This document shows positions 49,526 through 60,435 of a stretch of DNA of 64,000 bases, in pieces. The stretch lies in the NCBI RefSeq assembly GCF_902713615.1, contig NC_052149.1, forward strand, positions 200,876,059-200,940,058. The letters are read 5' to 3'. The notes beneath the pieces were generated by a model. It had not been told where the DNA came from, ran no database searches, and saw nothing but the letters and a program-made list of their open reading frames with translations. The DNA is from Scyliorhinus canicula. Lineage: Eukaryota. Position 1 is the first letter of the stretch. Each line of letters starts with the position of its first letter. A program made the position numbers and the translations under genes.

Positions 49526-50738
49526 TGTTAGGAAATCAAAGGTAGTTTTAATGGATTTATATTTGAATTGGTAAACATTAGGAATAAGATCTGGTTTTAA
49601 GTATGTTCTGTGTCTGGAAGGGGAAACCTATAGTTCGATTCATGCTGGACAAAGTTGTTAGTATATGTGGGGGCTGGTTAAGTTCCAACTCTGTTTCCAT
49701 TGTGCTTAGGGTGCTATGGCATGAAGAGTAAATAAATAGGTCAGCAGAGGTATGCAGTGTTGCTTAGCAACTGGTGCTTGTAAGGTCGAGAAGCTTTTAA
49801 GTTTTAGTTTAGCTCATTTGTTGGCAGTTGGAGACAGGATCTAGGTGAGTGAACATCTCTCAACTCTGCCAGAAGGAAGATGGGACAGGATGGGAGCTGC
49901 ACAGAGGCAGGCTTCCTAATGTACAAGTTACAGTCCAGATAACCAGGGAATTGGGACAGAAAGAACATTTCCGACACACAAAGTTAAGAGAACAGAGACC
50001 AAGGTATTGTTCAGAAGAATGAAAGGAAGAGTAAACAAAGTGTTCTGAGTTAAAGATACAATTGCAGTAAATATATTTAAAGTGGGACAACAGCCTTCAA
50101 AGGTAAAACGAATGCCTGAATTTGTTTTAATGCAATCTAGGAATCGAAAGTTAAAGCAATTGTGAGCAGTTTTCACAGCAGTCAAGACAAAGAAATCCTA
50201 ACGGGTTTGGTGTAAAATCTTGGACTAAATTTGTTATTAAAAGTGGAGTAGAAACTTTGTTTAAAAGTGTCATTAGGAAAGTCTGGTCTGGATTTCTGAA
50301 TACAAACCGCTAAAGGAAAGCATATTTATGAGAGAAGATTTTAAAGTGTCCTTTTGGGAGTGGAGTTTGGGAACTCTCATGTGACAATCATCTGGAGGTC
50401 TCTGAGGAGACAGCCACAAACATTCACTTGGGGTTTAGAGTGGAGAGTGTGTATTTTCCCACAGTCATTTTATCTGTTTAAAGGGGACTTTGTAATCCGT
50501 GTTAATCCTAAAACCTGGGTATAATTGTTAAGCTAAGCGAGGAGTAACGGTGTATTGTATCATAATCCAATTTTTTCATATTTAATAAATGTTTTTGTCT
50601 TATTGCTAAAACTAATTAGCGGTCCTGTGATTCTGTTCCTCCATGTTTTATATATTTTTTCATAAGTTGCGGTCTTTTGAGCCAGGGTTCCATTCTGGGA
50701 TCCTCCTGTCCAGTTATGGCATCAACTGGGATTGTAAC
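49526..50738 (+). mobile_element. Probable solo LTR (second family)
   Basis: Starts TGTTAG, ends TGTAAC, AATAAA at 50584 about 150 nt from the end, no coding capacity. No clean TSD. Confidence 0.45.
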
Positions 50739-51194
50739 TCTTGGTCTTTTACTCTCCATAAGCTTAACATTTTCCAACAAAGGATCTGTCCTCACCCGCA
50801 CACTGCTTGGTGGTTAATCTGGAAACAGACCTTCTTTTCTGCCTGGCATAGCAATATCTGTTTCTGGTCTTCTTCCCCAAAACTCTCTGGGCCGGATTTT
50901 CAGTCCCTTCCTGACGGCAGGATATTCTGGTCTCAATGGGGATTTAAATGGATCGCTGCATCCACCACAGAAAAACTTGCCATGCTGCGGCTGGAACGTT
51001 TCCGTGACTGTGAGACTGAATGTAGCAACGTTGGCTGCCTTGTCCTTTATATCCAGGGGTTGCTACTTACACCTTACTTTCAGAGAGTTTTAATTTGATT
51101 TTCTATCTCTATGAACAGCATGTCACATGGGCTTGTTTCCAGGCAGATTTTGTTAGAAGTCACATTCGCCCCTCCAAGCCGCTCCATTTTATAT

Positions 51195-52077
51195 TGTTAT
51201 GGGCCAGGGTTTAACAACTCCAAAGTATATTATGGAGTCCACCTAACCTGCAACATTTATGTTGAATTTGGCTAAGGTGAGCACATGACCCCACCTTTCA
51301 AGTGTTATTTAACAGAGTTCTTAGGCACTTTTAATTAAAAAAAACAAGCTTTATTCTAAGAATAAAGAATAAACATACAAGCAAGAATTTGTATCAACTA
51401 CAAACATTAAAAAAAAAATTTAGAGTGCCCAATTCATTGTTTCCAATTAGGGGGCAATTTAGCGTGGCCAACCCACCTAACCTACACATCTTTGGATTGT
51501 GGGGGCGAAACCCACACAAACACAAGGAGAATGTGCAAACTCCACACGGACAGTGACCCAGAGCGGGGATCGAACCTGGGTCCTCGACGCCATGAGACAG
51601 TAGCGCTAACCACTGCGCCATCGTGCCGCCCTATCCACTACAAACATAAAGACCCCATACAGCTACAGTAATCTATGTATAACCCTTAATGAATTCCCCC
51701 TTAACTGTTCCAATTCAATAACAAAATCCAAGTAAAACCAGAAACCCCTTTTCAAAGGCGTGACCCAGCACATGGCATTCTCACTGTCTTTAAGACTTGT
51801 TATTGATACTCTGTTCCCCTTTTCAAACAGCAGATGTGAATTCCTTCCAGAAAGCAATTATCTCTTTGAAGTTACCAAGCAGTCTGGAAACAGCTTTTAT
51901 AATGAAGATAGCGAGGCAGGCCAAAAAAAGTCTGTTCTCTGTCTGAGTCCACCGCAGCCAAATGTGAAAGCGAAACCAAAAGAAAACTCCCAGAGCCACA
52001 GCCCAGCTCCACCCACACAATGGCATCACAGAAGCCATGTGATAAGACAAAAACATTTCTTAAAGAGACACATGACA
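51195..52077 (-). mobile_element. Solo LTR (TG...CA), paralogous to 61168-61839, carrying a SINE insertion
   Basis: Minus strand TGTCATGTG...CCCATAACA; TATAAAA at 51901-51895, AATAAA near 51350; 4-bp TSD ATAT at 51191-51194 and 54640-54643 (displaced by the CR1). Confidence 0.82.
51408..51631 (-). mobile_element. Short HE1-related SINE inside the solo LTR, 16-bp TSD
   Basis: TSD TATCAACTACAAACAT (51392-51407) / TATCCACTACAAACAT (51632-51647). The empty site TATCAATTACAAACAT occurs once in the other LTR copy (61373-61388). Confidence 0.92.
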
Positions 52078-52080
52078 ATA

Positions 52081-54636
52081 GATAGATAGATAGAGAAATA
52101 CAGCACAGAACAGGCCCTTCGGCCCACGATGTTGCGCCGAACTTTTGTCCTAGGTTAATCATAGAATTTTGGACAATTTGTCATGGCCAATCCACCCAAC
52201 CTGCACATCTTTGGACTGTGGGAGGAAACCGGAGTACCCGGAGGAAACCCACGCAGTCACGGGGAGGATGTGCAGACTCCACACAGACAGTGACCCAAGT
52301 CGAAATCGAACTTGGGACCCTGGAGCTGTGAAGCAATTGTGCTATCCACAATGCTACCGTGCTGCCCTTAAGAAGTTAACCTACACTCCCTTATTCTACC
52401 CTAATCCAAGTACCTATCCAATAGCCGCTTGAAGGTCCATAAATTTTCCGACTCAACTACTACCACAGGCAGTGCATTCCATGCCCCCACTACTCTCTGG
52501 GTAAAGAACCTACCTCTGACATCCCCTCTATATCTTCCACCATTTATCTTAAATTTATGTCCCCTTGTAATGGTGTGTTCCACCCGGGGAAAAAGTCTCT
52601 GACTGTCTACTCTATCTATTCCCCTGATCATCTTATAAACCTCTATCAAGTCGCCCCTCATCCTTCTCCGTTCTAATGAGAAAAGGCCTAACACCCTCAA
52701 TCTTTCCTCGTATGACCTACTCTCCATTCCAGGCAACATCCTGGTAAATCTCCTTTGCACCTTTTCCAAAGCTTCCACATCCTTCCTAAAATGAGGTGAC
52801 CAGAACTGCACACAGTACTCCAAATGTGGCCTGACCAAGGTTTTGTACAGCTGCATCATCACCTCACGGCTCTTAAATTCAATCCCTCTGCTAATGAACG
52901 CTAGCACACCATAGGCCTTCTTCACAGCTCTATCCACTTGAGTGGCAACTTTCAAAGAACAATGAACATAGACCCCAAGATCTCTCTGCTCCTCCACATT
53001 GCCAAGAACCCTACCATTAACCCTGTATTCCGCATTCAGATTTGTCCTTCCAAAATGGACAACCTCACACTTGTCAGGGTTAAACTCCATCTGCCACTTC
53101 TCAGCCCAGCTCTGCATTCTATCTATGTCTCTTTGAAGCCGACAACAGCCCTCCTCACTATCCACAACTCCACCAATCTTCGTATCATCTGCAAATTTAC
53201 TGACCCACCCTTCAACTCCCTCATCCAAGTCGTTAATGAAAATCACAAACAGCAGAGGACCCAGAACTGATCCCTGCGGTACGCCACTGATAACTGGGCT
53301 CCAGGCTGAATATTTGCCACCCACCACAACTCTCTGTCTTCTATCGGTTAGCCAGTTTGTTATCCAACTGGCCAAATTTCCCACTATCCCATGCCTCCTT
53401 ACTTTCTGCATAAGCCTACCATGGGGAACCTTATCAAATGCCTTACTAAAATCCATGTACACTACATCCACTGCTTTACCTTCATCCACATGCTTGGTCA
53501 CCTCCTCAAAGAATTCAATAAGACTTGTAAGGCAAGACCTACCCCTCACAAATCCGTGCTGACTATCCCTAATCAAGCAATGCCTTTCCAGATGCTCAGA
53601 AATCCTATCCCTCAGTACCCTTTCCATTACTTTGCCTACCACCGAAGTAAGACTAACTGGCCTGTAATTCCCAGGGTTATCCCTATTCCCTTTTTTGAAC
53701 AGGGGCACGACATTCGCCACTCTCCAATCCTCTGGTACCACCCCTGTTGACAGCGAGGACGAAAAGATCATTGCCAACGGCTCTGCAATTTCATTTCTTG
53801 CTTCCCAGAGAATCCTTGGATATATCCCGTCAGGCCCGGGGGACTTGTCTATCCTCAAGTTTTTCAAAACGCGCAACACATCTTCCTTCCTGACAAGTAT
53901 CTCCTCAAGCTTATCAGTCTGCTTCACGCTGTCCTCTCCAACAATATGGCCCCTCTCATTTGTAAATACTGAAGAAAAATACTTGTTCAAGGCCTCTCCT
54001 ATCTCTTCAGACTCAATACACAATCTCCCGCTACTGTCCTTAATCGGACCTACTCTCACTCTAGTCATTCTCATATTTCTCACGTATGTGTAAAAGGCCT
54101 TGGGGTTTTCCTTGATCCTACCCGCCAAAGATTTTTCATGCCCTCTCTTAGCTCTCCTAATCCCTTTCTTCAGTTCCCTCCTGGCTATCTTGTATCCCTC
54201 CAGCGCACTGTCTGAACCTTGTTTCTTCAGCCTTACATAAGTCTCCTTCTTCCTCTTAACAAGACATTCAACCTCTCTTGTCAACCATGGTTCCCTCACT
54301 CGACCATCTCTTCCCTGCCTGACAGGGACATACATATCAAAGACACGCAGTACCTGATCCTTGAACAAGTTCCACATTTCACTTGTGTCCTTCCCTGACA
54401 GCCTATGTTCCCAACTTCTGCACTTCAATTCTTGTCTGACAGCATTGTATTTACCCTTCCCCCAATTATAAACCTTGCCCTGTTGCTCGCACCTATCCCT
54501 CTCCATTACTAAAGTGAAAGTCAGAGAATTGTGGTCACTACCTCCAAAATGCTCCCCCACTAACAAATCTATCACCTGCCCTGGTTCATTACCAAGTACT
54601 AAATCCAATATGGCCTCCCCTCTGGTCGGACAATCT
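52081..54636 (-). mobile_element. Young CR1 (HER1-like) LINE, 5'-truncated within the endonuclease domain
   Basis: Uninterrupted ORF2 of ~745 codons, (TCTA)n tail, ACAATA duplicated at both ends (52075-52080 / 54637-54642). Confidence 0.95.
52159..52367 (-). mobile_element. HE1-type SINE embedded in the 3' UTR of the young CR1, tail internally deleted
   Basis: Full GGGCAGCACGGTAGC head and body lie 33 nt after the CR1 stop codon; the CR1 tail resumes at ~52158. Confidence 0.9.
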
Positions 54637-54638
54637 AC
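52401..54638 (-). CDS. CR1 ORF2 (EN C-terminus + RT), open but lacking its 5' end
   Basis: PTRGEAILDLVL, SDHN, KSPGPDG, NYRPVSLTS, QHGF, DFSKAFDKV, PQGSVLGP, FADDTK, RRMRGDLIEVYK; no stops. Confidence 0.9.
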   Translation of the reverse strand, partial: VDCPTRGEAILDLVLGNEPGQVIDLLVGEHFGGSDHNSLTFTLVMERDRCEQQGKVYNWGKGKYNAVRQELKCRSWEHRLSGKDTSEMWNLFKDQVLRVFDMYVPVRQGRDGRVREPWLTREVECLVKRKKETYVRLKKQGSDSALEGYKIARRELKKGIRRAKRGHEKSLAGRIKENPKAFYTYVRNMRMTRVRVGPIKDSSGRLCIESEEIGEALNKYFSSVFTNERGHIVGEDSVKQTDKLEEILVRKEDVLRVLKNLRIDKSPGPDGIYPRILWEARNEIAEPLAMIFSSSLSTGVVPEDWRVANVVPLFKKGNRDNPGNYRPVSLTSVVGKVMERVLRDRISEHLERHCLIRDSQHGFVRGRSCLTSLIEFFEEVTKHVDEGKAVDVVYMDFSKAFDKVPHGRLMQKVRRHGIVGNLASWITNWLTDRRQRVVVGGKYSAWSPVISGVPQGSVLGPLLFVIFINDLDEGVEGWVSKFADDTKIGGVVDSEEGCCRLQRDIDRMQSWAEKWQMEFNPDKCEVVHFGRTNLNAEYRVNGRVLGNVEEQRDLGVYVHCSLKVATQVDRAVKKAYGVLAFISRGIEFKSREVMMQLYKTLVRPHLEYCVQFWSPHFRKDVEALEKVQRRFTRMLPGMESRSYEERLRVLGLFSLERRRMRGDLIEVYKMIRGIDRVDSQRLFPRVEHTITRGHKFKINGGRYRGDVRGRFFTQRVVGAWNALPVVVVESENLWTFKRLLDRYLD

Positions 54639-54960
54639 AATATGAACATACGAACAAGAAACAGGAGGAGGCAATTCAGCCCCTTGAGCTTACCCCACCA
54701 TTTCATCAGATTATGGCTGATCTGATAGTAACCTCAGACCTGAGTCCCACCTACACCCAATAACCTATCACCTATAAACTCCAGCGGATACAAGCCTAGC
54801 CTGTCCAACGTTTCTCAGAACATAACCCACCCATTCCAGGTATTTGTCTGTTAAACTTCTCTGAATTACGTCCAATGCATTTATATCCTTCCTTAAATAA
54901 GCTGACCAGTACCTTACACAGTATTCCAAATGTGGTCTCACTAGTGCCCTATACAACTGC

Positions 54961-55280
54961 AGCACAATCGCTTCACAGCTCCAGGGTCCCAGGTTCGATT
55001 CCCGGCTTGGGTCACTGTCTGTGCGGAGTCTGCACATCCTCCCCGTGTGTGCGTGGGTTTCCTCCAGGTGCTCCGGTTTCCTCCCACAGTCCAAAGATGT
55101 GCAGGTTAGGTGGATTGGCCATGCTAAATTGCCCTTAGTGTCCAAAATTTCCCTTAGTTACTGGGTTATGGGGTTATGGGGATAGGGTGTAGGTGTTGAC
55201 CTCGGTTAGGGTGCTCTTTCCAAGAGCCGGTGCAGACTCGATGGGCCGAGTGGCCTCCTTCTGCACTGTAAATTCTATGA
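54961..55280 (+). mobile_element. Young HE1/V-SINE-type SINE, slightly 5'-truncated
   Basis: Nearly identical to 4750-5077; splits a CR1 reading frame. Confidence 0.92.
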
Positions 55281-56460
55281 AATTACCTGGCTACATTTTT
55301 ATTCAATTCCCCTCCCAATAAATTATAACATTCTATTTGCTATCCTAATTACTTGCTGCACCTGCACTTTTGTGACTAATGCACTCAGACAATGAGATCA
55401 ATCTGCATCTCAGAACTCTGCAATCTCTCACCATTTAGATAATATGCTTATTTTTTCTTCCTGCCAAAATGGACAATTTAATATTTTCTCGCATTATACC
55501 CCATTTGCCAGATATTTGCCCACTCACTTAACCTATCTAGGTCCCTTTGTAGCCTCCTTATGTCTTCTTCAGAACTTACCTTTCTACCTATCTTTATGTC
55601 ATCAGCAAATATGACGACCATCCATATAATGCCTTCATCCGTCATTTATATAAATTGTAAATAGTTGAGGCCCCAGCACCGATGATCCTTGTGGCACACC
55701 ACTTGTTACATCTTGCTAACCTGAAAAATACCCATTTATGCCTACTCTCTGTTTACTGTTAGCAATCAATCTTCTATCCATGTCAACATGTTGCCCGCTA
55801 TACCATCAGCTTTTATTTTCTGCAGTAACCTTTGATGTGACACTTTATCAAATCCCTTCTGGAAATTAAGTACAGTACATCTATCAGTTCCCCATTATCC
55901 ACAGCACACGCTATTTCTACACCGCTTGAGCTTATCCAAGTGCTATAGTTTCTTTAATAAAAACTTCCAACATTATACCCTATGACAGATGTTAAGCTGA
56001 TGGACATGAAATTTCCCACTTTCTGTCTCTTGCCCTTTTTGAATAATGGAGTTGCATTTACTATCTTCCAATCTAATAGGACCTTCCCTAAATCAGAGGA
56101 GTTTTGGAAAATGAAAATCAATGCATAACCTATCTCACGAGACACTTCTTTTAAGACCCTAGGAAGAAGTCCAGAGGACTTGAACTCTTATCAGCTCGCA
56201 GCTTCTACAATTTTCTCAGTACCACTTCTTTAGTGACTGTATTTTCCTGAGTTCCTCCCTCCTTTCTATTTCCTAATGTATAGTTATTTTTGGGGTGTTA
56301 CCTCAATCTTCTGGTGCAAAATACATGTTTCATTCATCTGGCATCTTGTTTTCCATTTTAAATTCTACAGACTCACTTTTTATAAAACCATGCTCAATTT
56401 GTTAACTCTTTTTCTTTTTAAAACATTTATGAAAACTCTTACTATCTGTTCTCATATTTC

Positions 56461-56741
56461 ATAGAATAATAGAACCCTACACCGCAGAAGGAGACCATTC
56501 AGCCCATCAAGTCTGCACTGACCCTCTGAAAAAGCACCCTACCCAGGCCCCCACCCTATCTCCGCAACCTTGTAACCCCACCTAACATGCTCATCTTTGG
56601 ACTGCAGGAGGATACGGCAGCATCTAGAGGAAACCCACGCAGACATGGGAGAGCGTGCAAACTCCACACAGACTGTAACCCAAGGCCAAATTTGAATCTG
56701 GGTCCCTGTTGTGAGGCAACAGTGCTAACCATTGTGCCACC
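56461..56741 (-). mobile_element. HE1/V-SINE-type SINE (older copy)
   Basis: Head, body and CR1-type tail are recognisable. Confidence 0.82.
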
Positions 56742-58175
56742 CTGGCTAGCTTTCCCGCATATTCTAATATTTCCCTCCTTATTAATCCTATGCTGTACCT
56801 TATATTCAGTTCAATCTTCTGACCTGCCACCTGTTTTAGCAGAATTGTATGCTTTTTCATTAAATTTGATGCTACCTCTAACCTTTCTAGTTAATGGGTT
56901 GGGGGGGGGGGGTCCGTCACTTGGTCTTTTTCTTACTTGTTGGAATGTATCTACTATCCGTTCTGAAATATCCCCTTCAATGTTTGCTACAATATCTTTA
57001 TTGACCTATCCCTTAACTTCACTTGAATTAAAGAAGACAGTTTAGAACATAACCATCTCATACAGTTGTTCATGACAATAGTGCCTTTCACTATCACTGG
57101 ACACTCAAAGCACTTCATAGCCAATGGATCACTTTTGAAGTGTAGTCACTGTTATAATATAGAAATTGTGTGAAAATATTATATTTAATTAAAATTATAA
57201 TTAAAAAACGAATCGAACTGTGTGGGATTACATGTACAGTCAGTCCTGTTAAGATCAGGTTGGCACGTGTGAACTGGCTCCTCTCTTTGTCCCACTCCTG
57301 AATTGGTTATAACAGAGCTTTAAATTAAAAGGGAAATGATATTGCCAATTAAATATATATTTAACTGTGTATAGCTCAATGTAAGCAATAAACCAGCCAT
57401 GTTCCTTAAGTGAACAAGTGAAGAGTTTCATAGCTAAAATAGATACAGAAATTATTAACAAACGTTTAAAATGTACAAGTATGTCCAACAACCCACTAAT
57501 TTAAGAACAATACACACAATACCACCATCTGCCTGCTGCCAACACCCCCATCAAAACATGGAAAAGAAGAAAAATTTACGGAGTATCAGGTCTTAAATAA
57601 TTGGTCAAGTAACAAGTAAAGTCAGAAAAAAAAAATCATGGATTGTCCAGAGACTTGTTTACAGCTGAAAGGCCCCTTTCCACTGTAGCCATTGGCTCTT
57701 ATGGTTTCTCACTGGAGACAGTAGCGTTGACTCTGGGCATGCAGCAATGAGGACTTCTGGTGGGCTTTCAAAATCACAAACAGTTCAGCTTTGATGAGAG
57801 AGGTTTCAGAAGAAAGAGAGATGGAGTAAAGCTATTGGCCCTGTGGCAGTCTCTCTGTCTATTCAAAATCCAGTATCTTTTCACTGAAGAGTTGGACCTC
57901 TCTGAGAGATTCTTGGAATTAAAAAAAATGTCTTAATGCAGTGGCATGTGGTTCCATCTGGTCAGAATGGCAGGAATTCACACCTGATTCTGCACTTGGA
58001 GACTCATTAATTATGCGTGAGCAAGTATCCCTCCTAATCACCTGCTGGATCAGAAGCTGATTGGTCCACCACCACCGATTTGCGGGTTCGTAGGTCCCGG
58101 GCCAATGTTTAAAAGACAGTCCAACACAGTCATTTCATTCTCTCCAGCCCACCTGTTGTCAGGAGACTATGTAGG

Positions 58176-59730
58176 ATGTCTGGAACCCAGAGGCAAAAGG
58201 CTAGCAACTTCATGAGAAAGTCAGCACACCAACTCAACCACCATGCCTTTGAGGCCTTGATTCAAGGATACTGGTCGCAGAGACATGTCCTCTATCCAAG
58301 GAATGGCTCTAGGAAGCACACTGACCTCACCTCTCCAGCCTGGGAGGCTGTTGCCTAGGGACATTAGTGCATCTGGCAACCGTGTCAGAAGCGCCTGCAG
58401 TGCAGGAAGCGGATGAAGAATCTCACCCACGCCACCAAGATAAGTTTTCTCTTAGCTCCCTCCACCAACACGTTCTCGACATGGCATCATGTACTCAATG
58501 GATCTTCTTCATGGATCTGAGACATTCATTAATGGGGGGCACAAATCAACACTTACTCTCTCATGGATATTTTCACATCGCCACCATCCAACTATCATGT
58601 TCCTCACACTCCACCTTCTGGTCCTTTCTCGGAGGCTGCAGCTGAGATTTCTGGGTGGGATTGGGATCGCTCCTGTGGCAATGTGGAGATTGACCTCTCC
58701 CAGCTGCATCACTCCATCAAATCCTGACAATCAAAGTGAGGCAAATGTACTTTGAAATAGCTTAATCTCGTCCACTGAAACTATCATTTGTTTTTTGCAG
58801 ACACGAGCAGGTCATGGCAAGCCAGGCAACCAAGCAGCTCTCTGAGTATACAGAGCATGTCTGAGGATGAGGGGGCTCATGAAGAACCATCACAGTGCTC
58901 ACCCGCACCCTCCACCAGCACAGGGACACTCGGTGGAGCGTGGCTCCAGATTACACTTGGGTTTACTTTCTGGAGAACACCTCACAGACATGGCCCCACA
59001 GCAGTTGGAGGAAGGGACAGCCAAGGCCTCTGGCACTCAGAGGGCTGCTGGAGACCAGCCACCTACCTGCTCAGTACCAGTCATATGATGGGCCTCTGGA
59101 AGCAGCTGCTAATTTACTGGTGGAGATGCAAAGGGAAGCAGCAGAACATCAGGCAGAGCTTCATCAGAGTAGAGTGCATGATGGAGGAGTCCCTCTGCGT
59201 TCTCTCTGAAGTCATAGCTCCGACATGCGAGCGCCTCAAGGCCACCATGGGAAAGTTGGCAACTGCCATAGAGACTTTGGTCCAGTAGGTCTTGCTAGAT
59301 TTGCACATGGCACTGCACGCCATGGCCACATACTCTGGTGGGCACCATCAGGATGTAGGCAACATGGGAATGAGGCACCATGACCTCCCTCCAGGTACTC
59401 CATCACCTGCAGAAGTCAGGCCAGGGCTCTCAAGCACCCACAGGGACAATGGGTGTCGCTGGACACCTTAGGAACCTTCTTTCAGGACAATACAAGGATG
59501 TGCAGCCACTCAGAGTCTCTCTGCCTTTCCCCGCACCAACTCCAGCAGCGCAAACTGCCATGGGCGCTTCTGCCCCTGAGCAGGAGACCATTATCAGGCC
59601 ATGACCTTCCATGGCTCAGGCTACCAGACAATGTCCACCAAGGTTTTCACAGGCATCTGAGCATAGTAGTCAGCAGGCTGCCTCCACCCCTGTTGCGGAT
59701 GTCGGGGCTGAACCAAGACTAGTGGTAGGG
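58176..59730 (+). pseudogene. Harbinger Myb/SANT-like (trihelix) DNA-binding gene remnant, multi-exon
   Basis: FEALIQGYWSQRHVLYP..AWEAVA*..ISASG..R..QCRKRMKNL fits the trihelix pattern. Mutated donor AAG|ATAAGT at 58440, acceptor ttttttgcag at 58800, then a low-complexity/coiled-coil tail. Confidence 0.65.
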
Positions 59731-60435
59731 TTAGGAGAGTAAAGAGATGTTGATGTCACCCCCTGGTTCACTGCTCTGCCATCACTGTAAATAAATTGTT
59801 GAAACTCATTGGATGGGTATATGTGAATGTTCTGGTCCACTGAAAGTGTTTTGATTTTGCTCTTTGGAATTCTTTTCGCTCAAAGTTCAGCCGTCCTCTC
59901 ACTCAGTCAGAGTGTCCCATTTTAAGATTACCAATCATTTGATGCCAACTTCAGTGCAACTAGTCTCCAGACTCTTGTGTGTTTTCAGGGAGATGTGCTG
60001 TATAAGGGAAACTTTCAAACCCTTATTCCTCAAGGGACAACAATGATTGAGGGCAGCTCATCAGCACTGATACTGGAGTAGCATCTGGGTCTCCTCAGTG
60101 TTAGTGTCCAAACCTAAGACATCCACTTTCGGATGAGAGCCCTAAGTTGGTCCGCATCTCCATCACTGCAATCTTTGCGTCGTTAAATAGTGTCAAAAAC
60201 GTTGAGTCGCTTCTCACATCACTATTGTTCCAGCATTAGCTGGTCATCACTGACAACAGTTAGGATTAAATCCAAGTGAGTCATGAGGTCAGAACACCCA
60301 AGTGTGAATACAGGACTTGTTGTCTCGGTAGTCGTTCGGCCATCACCTGAGATGACCAGAAATGGTTTGGAGGGCTAGCAGAGATATTTCCAGGTGACCA
60401 GACTTAATTTTACTCCCCTTGGAATCTGTCAGCTA

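Larger units (their letters stand above)
54644..57020 (-). mobile_element. Older decayed CR1, interrupted by SINEs
   Basis: LYRALVRPHLEYCVRYWS and WKIVNATPLFKKG..ISLTSVIG remnants; CR1 tail at 54644. Confidence 0.78.

Noticed and set aside
57247-57900. Possible additional solo LTR starting TGTTAAG
   Set aside because: No definable right end, TSD or second copy in the window.
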